Translations under genes and position numbers: made by a program
Sequence record: MT887289.1
DNA from: Escherichia phage SME50
DNA: 64,000 bases
Direction: 5' to 3' (one strand)
Part shown: positions 40,263-48,923 of the stretch, one piece after another
How the letters are laid out: each line of letters opens with the position of its first letter
How positions within the stretch are numbered: the stretch's first letter is position 1
The notes under the pieces: generated by a model
What the model was told of the DNA's origin: nothing
What the model saw: only the letters and a program-made list of their open reading frames with translations
The model's database searches: none

Positions 40263-40811
40263 ATGAAGAAGTTGATTCTAGGTTTGTGCTTAATGTTTAC
40301 AGCACACTTATCTTATGCAGTTGACTGCCCAGAGCTATCAATTAGCCAAAAAGTAAACATGTTAAAAGCTTACCAGTATGGTGAGAATAATATGGGTAAA
40401 GGTTGGGGTATCACTCTAGCTGCTATAGCCTTACAAGAGTCAGAGTTAGGTCTGAAGGTAGAGAATAAAAAGACCCATGACTATGGTATCTTCCAGAATC
40501 ACTTGAAGACTGTTGTAAAGCGTAACAAAATCAGTCCTAATGTGGCTAAAAAGAAACTCTTAAAAGACTTTGACTATGCTGCAAAGGAAACACACAAAGA
40601 GCTTGAGTTTTGGACTAAGGTACATGGTCAACCAAAGTCAAAGAAGACTTTACAAAAAGTTTTAGCGTCATATAATGCTGGGTATTCGTACAAAATCCCT
40701 AAAGCTAAGAAATACTCTCAAGATGTTTACAACAATATGAAAGTCATCGCTCAATGTGAATTTGCAACAAACATTTCTAAGGTAAACCATGAAAAAATTA
40801 AGAAAGTCTGA
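40263..40811 (+). CDS. lytic transglycosylase (SLT domain) with signal peptide
   Basis: 182 aa; signal peptide MKKLILGLCLMFTAHLSYA; SLT-like motifs ALQESELG, YGIFQN, ASYNAGYS. Confidence 0.55.
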   Translation: MKKLILGLCLMFTAHLSYAVDCPELSISQKVNMLKAYQYGENNMGKGWGITLAAIALQESELGLKVENKKTHDYGIFQNHLKTVVKRNKISPNVAKKKLLKDFDYAAKETHKELEFWTKVHGQPKSKKTLQKVLASYNAGYSYKIPKAKKYSQDVYNNMKVIAQCEFATNISKVNHEKIKKV

Positions 40812-41484
40812 TGAAGTCCTGTGCCATGCTTACGACTTGCACCCTCATGAGTTAGGTCTTGATTCCTGTGTATGGACTCCAGAACAGTGCAGAGATTTTG
40901 AAGATACTGCAAGAGAAGTTGTATGTTCACTTGAAGAGTTCCACACATCAGAACCAATTGTGAGCGTTGTGGACAAAGAGACTGGACAATCTATAGGTGT
41001 AAGACGTGACAGTTTAGTCATAGTCAATAAAGACCTTGTAGAAAAAGGTAACCTAATCTTAGCAGATATTGATGGTGTTCTTACAAATTTTAATCACGAA
41101 GATTGCTCAACGGAATTGACTGATGGGTCATTCTCACAGTACACTAATCTTCTTGACTCTGTAAGAGCAAAACCAACGTATGTTTTCAGTATCATTGATG
41201 CAATTGCTAATCATGCTGCCATTGGACTCTTGACAGCAAGAGGTGAATCTCAGAGAATACCTACTGAGATGTTTTTAAGGCATAACATAGAGCATGATTA
41301 CATGCTTTTTATGCGTGGTTTTGGAACTAACTCTATAAGTGCAGAAAGTTTAAAAGTTAGGATGATTCAGTCTTGCATTCTTCCTTACTTTAATATAGTA
41401 TGCTTTATAGAAGATACAGAGAAGAATGTTCAGAAGGTAAACAGAATCCTTCCACACATTAAAACCATGTTAGTAAAACATTGA
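40789..41484 (+). CDS. HAD-superfamily phosphatase (possible deoxyribonucleotidase)
   Basis: 231 aa; HAD motif I LADIDGVLT and motif II-like GLLTARG. Confidence 0.45.
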   Translation: MKKLRKSDEVLCHAYDLHPHELGLDSCVWTPEQCRDFEDTAREVVCSLEEFHTSEPIVSVVDKETGQSIGVRRDSLVIVNKDLVEKGNLILADIDGVLTNFNHEDCSTELTDGSFSQYTNLLDSVRAKPTYVFSIIDAIANHAAIGLLTARGESQRIPTEMFLRHNIEHDYMLFMRGFGTNSISAESLKVRMIQSCILPYFNIVCFIEDTEKNVQKVNRILPHIKTMLVKH

Positions 41485-41494
41485 GAGAAAACTT

Positions 41495-41959
41495 ATGAAC
41501 AATATCATTACGGTAGCACTGGACGTTACGGCAAACAAATCTGAAGTGGTTCGTAACATTATCAAAAGCAACTTTGAGGGTAAAATCTTTCGTGCTGTCA
41601 ATGTAAAAGCAGACGGTAACATCCGAGAGTATCGTGCTCTTCTAAATGTTAAGAAACACGTCAAAGGTGCTGGTTCAACGACTGCACACAAAGAAAACCT
41701 GATGACTATCTATGATATGGGTATGGCTTCAGAGTTAGGTGCTGAAGGTATCGTTAAAGAAGGTGCTCCGTATCGCTCTTTCAATCTGGAAACTGCTCTT
41801 ATGCTTTCCTTTACAAGTGGTTCTAAAACAACTACTTATCTCTTTACTGATGCTGCAACGGTATCTGCTATCAAGGATAGCACCGTCAAAGCTGGGGTAG
41901 CTGCTGCTGCAAAAGCTTCTTCGATGGCTGCAAATGTCCTTGCTAAAGTCCTCGGTTAA
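41495..41959 (+). CDS. hypothetical protein
   Basis: 154 aa; Ala-rich C-terminus. Confidence 0.45.
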   Translation: MNNIITVALDVTANKSEVVRNIIKSNFEGKIFRAVNVKADGNIREYRALLNVKKHVKGAGSTTAHKENLMTIYDMGMASELGAEGIVKEGAPYRSFNLETALMLSFTSGSKTTTYLFTDAATVSAIKDSTVKAGVAAAAKASSMAANVLAKVLG

Positions 41960-41970
41960 GGTTAAGATAC

Positions 41971-41997
41971 AGGCTCCTTCGGGAGCCTTTTTCATTT
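41971..41997 (+). terminator. intrinsic terminator
   Basis: aggctccttcgggagcct plus ttttcattt. Confidence 0.6.
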
Positions 41998-42011
41998 CAG
42001 GAGATTGTTAA

Positions 42012-42359
42012 ATGACATTTAAAGAGTTCTGTCAAGCTACTTTCATAATTGTTTTCTTAGTTGGAGCAGGTGTCTGGGGAGGATACTCTTACAGAGACTA
42101 CCAAGTTGCTGAGACTGAGCTAAATAATGAGAAACTAATAAGTGTTGCTAAAGATGCTTATCAGGAAGGTTTAGCCACACTCAGCACCAATTACAAAAAT
42201 GATTTGAAAGATGTGCTTGCTAAGAATAAGCATACAAAAGAGGTACTAACATATGAAAAAACTAAGCCAGAGTTTTATAATGTTTGTGTTACTGATAATT
42301 ATGTCAGGGTGTTCAACGAACAAAGTGAACAGTACATTCAAAAACTCCCAAGTAAGTGA
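42012..42359 (+). CDS. putative inner-membrane spanin (i-spanin)
   Basis: 115 aa; N-terminal TM (FIIVFLVGAGVWGGY) then charged, helical periplasmic region. Confidence 0.4.
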   Translation: MTFKEFCQATFIIVFLVGAGVWGGYSYRDYQVAETELNNEKLISVAKDAYQEGLATLSTNYKNDLKDVLAKNKHTKEVLTYEKTKPEFYNVCVTDNYVRVFNEQSEQYIQKLPSK

Positions 42360-42522
42360 GAGTGACAAGTACACTCAAGAAGAGTCAAGATTCACTGTCA
42401 AAGGTAATACTGGTAGTGATGTGGCAGCAGCCCTTGAGTTTTATCGTGACGGTTTTTACCAGTGCACAATCAAAGCTAATAACCTTATTGATATGATTTT
42501 ATTAGGAAACAAACAGCAATGA
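42253..42522 (+). CDS. putative outer-membrane lipoprotein spanin (o-spanin), overlapped
   Basis: 89 aa; starts inside i-spanin ORF in another frame; lipobox MSGC. Confidence 0.4.
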   Translation: MKKLSQSFIMFVLLIIMSGCSTNKVNSTFKNSQVSESDKYTQEESRFTVKGNTGSDVAAALEFYRDGFYQCTIKANNLIDMILLGNKQQ

Positions 42523-42788
42523 CAGAGAATGAAGACACTTTCTATGTAGAAGGGTACTTACTGCTACCACGACCAAAAGAAACTTATATGCGGGTTGATT
42601 TCTCACCAACCATTATGGATAACGTGATGTGCCATATCTTTATGCAAGGTGTCACAGCACAGCTTAAGCATGTTGGTAAAGAGTGCAAAATAAAGGTTGA
42701 CACTCATCCAGAAATCAAAGAGAATCACTACACATGGTTCTTACCAGACTCTAAAGAAATCTTAGCAGTTCTTAAAACGAGGAAATGA
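42519..42788 (+). CDS. hypothetical protein
   Basis: 89 aa. Confidence 0.4.
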   Translation: MTENEDTFYVEGYLLLPRPKETYMRVDFSPTIMDNVMCHIFMQGVTAQLKHVGKECKIKVDTHPEIKENHYTWFLPDSKEILAVLKTRK

Positions 42789-43099
42789 TTATGCAATTCC
42801 AGCCAACAAATCGTGGATTTTCTTATGCAGAATTTAAAGATGCTAAAGGAGAGATTTGTACTTTACAAGAAAGTTCATCATATGAACCATGTATCTGGTT
42901 AGGTGCTAAAGAGGTCTCTGTTCAGTACCTAGATGGTGGCTGGAAAACACTTGATATCCCAGCATTAGTAGGCAAAGATTTTGTAGGTAACCAAAGAATG
43001 AAACTCAACCAAGAACAGGTGAAAGAGTTATTGCCATACCTTCAGTACTTTGCTGAAAATGGTGAATTACCAACAGAGGAACTTACAAATGCAGATTAA
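42785..43099 (+). CDS. hypothetical protein
   Basis: 104 aa. Confidence 0.4.
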   Translation: MIMQFQPTNRGFSYAEFKDAKGEICTLQESSSYEPCIWLGAKEVSVQYLDGGWKTLDIPALVGKDFVGNQRMKLNQEQVKELLPYLQYFAENGELPTEELTNAD

Positions 43100-43415
43100 T
43101 GGAAGAGACTTTGTAGCTGTTTACTATGAGAAAGATAAAGAAGTTGGCGTAGCACAAGTATCTTATGGTAATGGTAAGTGGTTGTATGGAACAATCGCAG
43201 TAGTCGGAACAAGGAGTGATACAAAAACTTTTAAAGATTGTGTTGACCTTCTTGAAGAATCCATCCACAATCATTGGTGTCTGATATGGATGACTGACAA
43301 CGAAGTGATAGAACGCTTCAAAAAGATTGGTATCAACATTGATAGCATTGAGCATGTTGATTTGTATGAGCTAACTGAGAAGGTAAACTATGAAAGTAAT
43401 ACTAGCCAGAGATAA
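43089..43415 (+). CDS. hypothetical protein
   Basis: likely start ATG 43089 (RBS gagga); tracked ORF begins 43050. Confidence 0.4.
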   Translation: MQINGRDFVAVYYEKDKEVGVAQVSYGNGKWLYGTIAVVGTRSDTKTFKDCVDLLEESIHNHWCLIWMTDNEVIERFKKIGINIDSIEHVDLYELTEKVNYESNTSQR

Positions 43416-43623
43416 AAAGACACGTAAGATTGTAAGTTCAGCAGTATTCAAAGGGAGACATGAAGTCGTCCCGTTTGCAGGAGAAGATGTGTTAACTTAC
43501 AAGAAGGTGATGAAACGTGAGTTCAGTAACCATTTCCGTGACTTCTTCTCTGAACCATTAGAAGATTTTAAAAGTCGTTGTGGTAAAGGTATCATCACTC
43601 AAGAGGTAATTATTCATGGCTGA
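43390..43623 (+). CDS. hypothetical protein
   Basis: 77 aa. Confidence 0.35.
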   Translation: MKVILARDKKTRKIVSSAVFKGRHEVVPFAGEDVLTYKKVMKREFSNHFRDFFSEPLEDFKSRCGKGIITQEVIIHG

Positions 43624-43816
43624 CTTCTGCAAAGACTGCTCTATCGAAATGTTCGGACGTGATACAGGTGACTTAAAAGGTCTTATCACTGAAGACGACT
43701 TTAAAGCTGGCTATGCAATGCCAGTAATCTGTGAAGGTTGTGGATGTATCTGGGTAGACCATGAAGGGCAACGTGTAAAACCTTCAGAAGATAAAGAATC
43801 TTGGGAGAGATGCTAA
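43616..43816 (+). CDS. small Cys-rich protein
   Basis: 66 aa; CKDCS...CEGCGC. Confidence 0.35.
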   Translation: MADFCKDCSIEMFGRDTGDLKGLITEDDFKAGYAMPVICEGCGCIWVDHEGQRVKPSEDKESWERC

Positions 43817-44602
43817 ATGGGTATTGTAAAAATTATCAATGGGGATATCTTCTCAGCATTTGATAAAGGTAAGTTTGATATCATTGGTCACGGTTGCAAC
43901 TGTATGAACTTAATGGGTGCAGGTATCGCTGACAAGATTTCTAAACTTTACCCAAAAGCATATGAGACTGATACAGAAGTTTATCTGTATGCAGGAGGTA
44001 TAGGTCACAAACCCTGTGAAAATTTACTAGGCAACTTCTCTGTAGCACGTTTAAAACAAGGACGTATAGCTAACCTTTACACTCAGCTTAAGACTGGTAA
44101 AGATGCCCGATACAGTGCTTTAGAGTCATCTTTGAAACAGCTTAACAGATACTGTGAAGTCAATCAGTTGAAGAAAGTTGGGTTACCTATGATTGGTGCA
44201 GGTATCGGTGGACTAGACCCTCAAGCCGTCACAGTTATCATTAATCAGGTGATGAAGAGTGTAGATGTGTATCTGTATGTCTACGAAGGAGAGATGTACC
44301 ACAAGTTACGCTCAGGTTGGAAGAACTACTGTGAACCAGAATACTTTGCAGGTGTAGTAGTGTTCACTGATGATGCAGTTACCCTCTTCAGACGAAGAAA
44401 AGGTAAGATACATCAAAGTAACCCTCCGGTTGAAAAGATGTCTCTAAGTAACGCTCTAGTTACCCACCTGTCGAAGAGCAATCACAGAATTGCAGTAACA
44501 TTTGGCAGTGATGCAGATACATATATCTATGCAAGAACTGATGAGGATGTTGAGGAAATTTTCTCTTCACCGGAAGTAACCTTCTTAGACGCAAAGAACT
44601 AA
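43817..44602 (+). CDS. macro domain protein (ADP-ribose binding/hydrolase fold)
   Basis: 261 aa; INGDIF...DIIGHGCNCMNLMGAGIADKI and second Gly-rich loop LPMIGAGIGGLDP match macro-domain signature. Confidence 0.6.
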   Translation: MGIVKIINGDIFSAFDKGKFDIIGHGCNCMNLMGAGIADKISKLYPKAYETDTEVYLYAGGIGHKPCENLLGNFSVARLKQGRIANLYTQLKTGKDARYSALESSLKQLNRYCEVNQLKKVGLPMIGAGIGGLDPQAVTVIINQVMKSVDVYLYVYEGEMYHKLRSGWKNYCEPEYFAGVVVFTDDAVTLFRRRKGKIHQSNPPVEKMSLSNALVTHLSKSNHRIAVTFGSDADTYIYARTDEDVEEIFSSPEVTFLDAKN

Positions 44603-44675
44603 GAAACTCTGTAGAATATTCACAATAGGTTAAGCCTTTCTTATCTGGTAAATTTTTCAGGTAAGGAGGGCTTTT

Positions 44676-44860
44676 TCATTTCAGGATTGTGCAGGTAGAG
44701 TTCTGGACAGAAATCTGTAGAGAAAATTTTGAACTCCAAAGAGAAAATTCATTTTCAAACTGTGCAGGTAATCTCCAAAGAGCTTTTTCATTTTCAAAAC
44801 GTGCAGACCCCGCTCAGGTCGGGCAAGAAAAATCATTTTAGAATTGTGCAGGTAGGTGGG
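44676..44860. repeat. four direct repeats of a roughly 20-nt motif ending in ttgtgcagg
   Basis: ttttcatttcaggattgtgcaggta / cattttcaaactgtgcaggta / cattttcaaaacgtgcaga / cattttagaattgtgcaggta(ggtgggtgcaggtgg). Confidence 0.6.
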
Positions 44861-45030
44861 TGCAGGTGGGGATGTCGCCATTTCTCACAAGGCTACCACA
44901 TCTGAAAAGAAAAGTCAACAGAAAAATTTGTAGCGGATTGAAAAATAATTCTTGATTGTAGTTCTGTTTTGTGGTAGTCGCGTGCGCCCGTTTCATTACA
45001 GTTTTTGCAAAAATATTTTTAAAATTCCTA

Positions 45031-45059
45031 TTGACTCTTTGAATATGGTTATCTAATAT
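45031..45059 (+). promoter_or_regulatory. sigma70-like promoter heading the small-gene array
   Basis: -35 ttgact, 17-nt spacer, -10 taatat. Confidence 0.55.
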
Positions 45060-45109
45060 TTGCATCAGACGGGCAATCAAGCCCACTTCCTAAACTGGAG
45101 AATCAAAAA

Positions 45110-45316
45110 ATGCTTTACAGTCGTGAATTGATGGTTACAACTAACGTTAACACAAAGGTAAAACGTTTTTATATGCAAGTGTGCGGCGCATGGCGTAGAA
45201 TATCAGAAGCTGATTATTGCAACTATGTAGAAACGGCAATCAATTCTAATTGCTACCTTACGAAGAATACAAAGCGACATATAAAACAGACAGCGGTTTA
45301 CTATTACGATATATAA
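45110..45316 (+). CDS. array ORF A, hypothetical
   Basis: 68 aa; RBS ctggag. Confidence 0.45.
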   Translation: MLYSRELMVTTNVNTKVKRFYMQVCGAWRRISEADYCNYVETAINSNCYLTKNTKRHIKQTAVYYYDI

Positions 45317-45406
45317 AAAGTACTTTACAGGGGGCTTAAAAGCTGATATCTTAAGCCCCAGATAAAGAGCTTTACTTAATTAACCCTTAAACTAGGAGAT
45401 TCAAAA
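45317..45406 (+). promoter_or_regulatory. type-1 leader cassette (GC hairpin plus conserved RBS leader)
   Basis: agtactttacagggggcttaaaagctgatatcttaagccccagataaagagctttacttaattaacccttaaactaggagattcaaaa-ATG. Confidence 0.7.
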
Positions 45407-45787
45407 ATGGCTTATCGTGCACCTAAATTCATCAACAAAGACAACTTTCGCAACGCACTGGAGAAGTCACTTGATGAAAATTTTAAAGGTAACATTATCG
45501 TTGTTCACGCATTCAATTTTAAGTATGATGTAAACGGGAATAGAATCAACCATTACACAGCAACCATGTTAGATGGTACGCTATCAAGTGAAAAAGCTGT
45601 ACTGAATGCACTTGCAGGACGTGGTAAAAACCTGATAAGATGCGATAAGAGACGTTATCAGGGTGGCGCATATGGTTATGATGATGCTGTTTATCATCTT
45701 GAAAATATGGGCTATTCAGTGGAAAAAGCTGGAGTGTCTCAAATAATCGGCAGTGACGGCTATGTGACAATTTTCAAAATTAACTAA
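45407..45787 (+). CDS. array ORF B, hypothetical
   Basis: 126 aa. Confidence 0.5.
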   Translation: MAYRAPKFINKDNFRNALEKSLDENFKGNIIVVHAFNFKYDVNGNRINHYTATMLDGTLSSEKAVLNALAGRGKNLIRCDKRRYQGGAYGYDDAVYHLENMGYSVEKAGVSQIIGSDGYVTIFKIN

Positions 45788-45878
45788 TAAAGTACTTTAC
45801 AGGGGGCTTATAGTTCGATAAAGTAAGCCCCAGATAAAGAGCTTTACTTAATTAACCCTTAAACTAGGAGATTCAAAA
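45788..45878 (+). promoter_or_regulatory. type-1 leader cassette
   Basis: same unit; hairpin variant ggggcttatagttcgataaagtaagcccc. Confidence 0.7.
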
Positions 45879-46169
45879 ATGGCTATTATTAAAAACGTTG
45901 TAATTCCTGCAAAAACTCGTGATGACGCTCGCATCATGGCGAAAAAGTTAGGCGGGAAAGTGGTTGACAACGGAAAACAAACTGCTGTAAGGTGGAACGT
46001 GAAGGCGGATAAACAAATGAATTTAAAAAATTCACCAATAAACCTTTTTACATGTGTAAACACTATCGGGAAAACGAATGTATACACTAAAAAGGCATAT
46101 ATCAGACGCATCGCCATGACGTCACCTATTCGCACAATGAGAAGTCATGCAAAGCTGAAAATTAAGTAA
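45879..46169 (+). CDS. array ORF C, hypothetical basic protein
   Basis: 96 aa. Confidence 0.5.
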   Translation: MAIIKNVVIPAKTRDDARIMAKKLGGKVVDNGKQTAVRWNVKADKQMNLKNSPINLFTCVNTIGKTNVYTKKAYIRRIAMTSPIRTMRSHAKLKIK

Positions 46170-46259
46170 TAGAGTACTTTACAGGGGGCTTAAAAGCTGA
46201 TATCTTAAGCCCCAGATAAAGAGCTTTACCACTCAATCCTTAAACTAGGAGATTCAAAA
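46170..46259 (+). promoter_or_regulatory. type-1 leader cassette
   Basis: same unit. Confidence 0.7.
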
Positions 46260-46772
46260 ATGAAAACTGTAGACGCTACCTTTGAAGTTGTAAAAGAAAA
46301 ATTTTCCATCATTTACGAAGCTGTCAATTGCTACGAAGCAAGCCATAATCTTGATAATTGGAAGTTTACAGATGACCATCAAGGCGGTGTGACTATTAAA
46401 AACCCCAACTGTCAGCGTAATGGATTTAAATATGCAATTCCTTTACATTACAGCCTTAAACAGCTTTCAATTGACTATGCAAAACAAGGCCGGGAAAATC
46501 CATCGAAAGAGGCTTACATCAGCTTACAGAAAGAACTAGAAAGAGATTTAGAGGCTTCAGAATATAACATCGCCGCGAAAGTTGTAGATGCAAACGGTAG
46601 CACGGTTTTAGAGAGTTTTTATATTGGTTATGCTTTCGATTGGTGCTACAGTGACGGCGATGATTTAGATGACAGACTAAAAGAGGAAGTGAACAACGCA
46701 GACGCAGAATCTGAAGTATTAGAACGCTTGGAAGCATTAAAAGATTCAGTGATGAATATCTTTAAGAACTAA
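46260..46772 (+). CDS. array ORF D, hypothetical acidic protein
   Basis: 170 aa. Confidence 0.5.
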   Translation: MKTVDATFEVVKEKFSIIYEAVNCYEASHNLDNWKFTDDHQGGVTIKNPNCQRNGFKYAIPLHYSLKQLSIDYAKQGRENPSKEAYISLQKELERDLEASEYNIAAKVVDANGSTVLESFYIGYAFDWCYSDGDDLDDRLKEEVNNADAESEVLERLEALKDSVMNIFKN

Positions 46773-46863
46773 ATAGACCTCTTTACACGGGGCTAACAAG
46801 CGGATATGATAGCCCCAGATAAAGAGATTTATCAAATTAACCCTTAAACTAGGAGATTCAAAA
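46773..46863 (+). promoter_or_regulatory. type-1 leader cassette (diverged hairpin)
   Basis: hairpin ggggctaacaagcggatatgatagcccc with compensatory stem changes. Confidence 0.65.
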
Positions 46864-47160
46864 ATGAAACTATCAAATAAAGTCCGTGAAAATCTAAGCA
46901 AGTTGCTTAATAAAATTGATTTCATTGAAACATCAAGGAATAGCCATGATGTTATGGAATGGTTACACGGAAAAATCAAAGGCCGTCGTGTAGTGATTTG
47001 CTTATGGAATAGTTGCAGGGAATATAAAAAACCTGTATTACAAGTCAATATCTATGATGATACTTTTAAAAGCCCTGTAAAGTCTAAAAGCGATTTATTA
47101 GAATCTTATGAGATAACTGTAAATGGCAAGGTATCACGTAAAGAGGAAGCACCATGTTAA
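46864..47160 (+). CDS. array ORF E, hypothetical
   Basis: 98 aa. Confidence 0.5.
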   Translation: MKLSNKVRENLSKLLNKIDFIETSRNSHDVMEWLHGKIKGRRVVICLWNSCREYKKPVLQVNIYDDTFKSPVKSKSDLLESYEITVNGKVSRKEEAPC

Positions 47161-47486
47161 TGATGGGTATCACTGCAATCATTGCCATTATAGCACTTTA
47201 CAAGGCTTATAGCGCATATAATTTGGCAAGTAAGGCAATCACGCAGCAGGTCAATAATAACCTTGTAATGAGCTTTCTGGAGCGTTTAAGCGATGAACAA
47301 ATAAAACGGTTAGAAATGAGCTTCAGATTTCAATCAAAAACTTATCAAATCAGCGACATTTTCAAAGATGATTTTCAGCTCGTCGATGATTATAACTCTC
47401 TGATAAATGCTTTAAATATCAGTGATTTAAAAGATTATCATGCTGTAATAGTTCAAGAATTGAGCAAACGAAAACAAAATTCTTGA
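47154..47486 (+). CDS. array ORF F, membrane protein
   Basis: 110 aa; N-terminal TM MLMMGITAIIAIIALY. Confidence 0.45.
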   Translation: MLMMGITAIIAIIALYKAYSAYNLASKAITQQVNNNLVMSFLERLSDEQIKRLEMSFRFQSKTYQISDIFKDDFQLVDDYNSLINALNISDLKDYHAVIVQELSKRKQNS

Positions 47487-47575
47487 CACTGATTTTTAGA
47501 TAGATTAAATTACTCATCAACGGGGAGGGATTAACCTTCCCACTAAGTAAAGTCCTTAAACTAGGAGATTCGAAA
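47483..47575 (+). promoter_or_regulatory. type-2 leader cassette (promoter plus 5' hairpin plus RBS)
   Basis: -35 ttgaca, 17 nt, -10 taaatt; then hairpin ggggagggattaaccttccc; then actaagtaaagtccttaaactaggagattcgaaa-ATG. Confidence 0.7.
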
Positions 47576-47734
47576 ATGATTCAAATAGGTGATAAAGTTG
47601 TCTGGAACGATATAGACAATGATTTATGCACAAAAATTGTAATTGTCTTAGAGCTTGATTATATAATTGGTGTTGCAACTGTTGCAGATAATGATATAAT
47701 CTTTGATGTTTTAATCAGTGAGCTATCGAAATAA
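47576..47734 (+). CDS. array ORF G, small protein (below ORF-track cutoff)
   Basis: 52 aa; preceded by type-2 cassette. Confidence 0.4.
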   Translation: MIQIGDKVVWNDIDNDLCTKIVIVLELDYIIGVATVADNDIIFDVLISELSK

Positions 47735-47757
47735 GCCTTAAACTAGGAGATTCGAAA

Positions 47758-48030
47758 ATGTATACTACTAACAACGGTCGCACTTTGAACGTAACCCTGC
47801 GCCACTATGTGAACGGTGTAATGCACTTCGAGGATTTACAAGCCGAACAACATATCTTGGATTGGCAAGTAGCAGGACTCCAAAAAACTGCTACAGGATA
47901 CGGGAAAAAGATTCCAACTAGTTGGAAAGTATACTACGAAGGGCGTTTGCGCAGAATTTATCAAGATGTATACAGTAATAGCGCATCAAGTTACATCATA
48001 GTAAAAGGTAAAAAGCTGCATTTAGTATAA
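47758..48030 (+). CDS. array ORF H, hypothetical
   Basis: 90 aa; conserved RBS leader ccttaaactaggagattcgaaa. Confidence 0.5.
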   Translation: MYTTNNGRTLNVTLRHYVNGVMHFEDLQAEQHILDWQVAGLQKTATGYGKKIPTSWKVYYEGRLRRIYQDVYSNSASSYIIVKGKKLHLV

Positions 48031-48115
48031 AGTACTTTACAAGGGGCTTATAGTTCGATAAAGTAAGCCCCAGATAAAGAGCTTTAACACTCAATCCTAA
48101 ATTGGAGATTCTAAA
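48031..48115 (+). promoter_or_regulatory. type-1 leader cassette
   Basis: same unit. Confidence 0.7.
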
Positions 48116-48520
48116 ATGGCTATTAATAATCGTGAGTTATCAATCTTAAAAGCACGTTTGACCGTTAATCGGATTAATGTTATTACATCATCAGCACCGG
48201 ATGAGACATTGCACAACATTATCGGGAAGATTCAAAGTGTTATCTTAGACGTTGAAAACGTAAAAAACTCACTGGCTGACGTTGCAGCAGGTATCACGCT
48301 AGACGGTGCGCAATATGAAATGGCTGACATGTTAGGCAAATCTAAGGTAATGAATAAAGAGTTAGACTTGAAAATGTTTAGATTTGCTGTTAAAGTGTGG
48401 CTATCTGTCGAGTATGACGCAAATTTTGCAATCGCTGACTTTTTCGCAACATGGTTGCAACGTAATTTAACAAATCATGATTTCCGTGATGTCTGTGATG
48501 CAATTTATGCGGAACTCTAA
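48116..48520 (+). CDS. array ORF I, hypothetical
   Basis: 134 aa. Confidence 0.5.
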   Translation: MAINNRELSILKARLTVNRINVITSSAPDETLHNIIGKIQSVILDVENVKNSLADVAAGITLDGAQYEMADMLGKSKVMNKELDLKMFRFAVKVWLSVEYDANFAIADFFATWLQRNLTNHDFRDVCDAIYAEL

Positions 48521-48533
48521 AAAAAAAAAACTG

Positions 48534-48627
48534 TTGACACTGATTTTTAGATATATTAAATTACGCATTAACGGGGAGGGAATGAACTTCCCCACTAAGT
48601 AAAGTCCTTAAACTAGGAGATTCTAAA
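48534..48627 (+). promoter_or_regulatory. type-2 leader cassette
   Basis: ttgaca-17-taaatt promoter then hairpin ggggagggaatgaacttcccc and conserved RBS leader. Confidence 0.7.
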
Positions 48628-48831
48628 ATGGCTATTATTAACGGCTTAACCATTGAAACAACACACATCAAAGACATTAAAGTTGGTGATGTAGTCCTTT
48701 CCCACGGCGTAGAGAAAACTGTTACTGCAAAGGATATTAAAGAGGATTCTTTCATGGGTAGGACTCTCTTCGGTGATTCTTATTGCTTGGGTTATCTTGC
48801 AGTTTTAAAAGTTGTCAAAAATAACCGTTAA
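48628..48831 (+). CDS. array ORF J, hypothetical
   Basis: 67 aa. Confidence 0.45.
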   Translation: MAIINGLTIETTHIKDIKVGDVVLSHGVEKTVTAKDIKEDSFMGRTLFGDSYCLGYLAVLKVVKNNR

Positions 48832-48923
48832 AGTACTTTACAAGGGGCTTATAGTTCGATAAAGTAAGCCCCAGATAAAGAGCTTTACCACTCAATCAAG
48901 TCCTTAAACTAGGAGATTCAAAA
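48832..48923 (+). promoter_or_regulatory. type-1 leader cassette
   Basis: same unit. Confidence 0.7.

Noticed and set aside
44681-45086. Minus-strand ORFs 44681..44881 and 44838..45086 in the repeat/promoter region
   Set aside because: They translate the direct-repeat region; region better explained as regulatory DNA.
45848-47048. Minus-strand ORFs 45848..46135, 46519..46737 and 46746..47048 inside the plus-strand array
   Set aside because: Antisense to plus-strand ORFs that have conserved RBS leaders; no RBS or promoter of their own; likely spurious.
45317-48923. Type-1 hairpins as classical intrinsic terminators
   Set aside because: GC stems are strong but followed by agataaagag rather than a U-tract, so they look more like processing or stability elements; not called as terminators.
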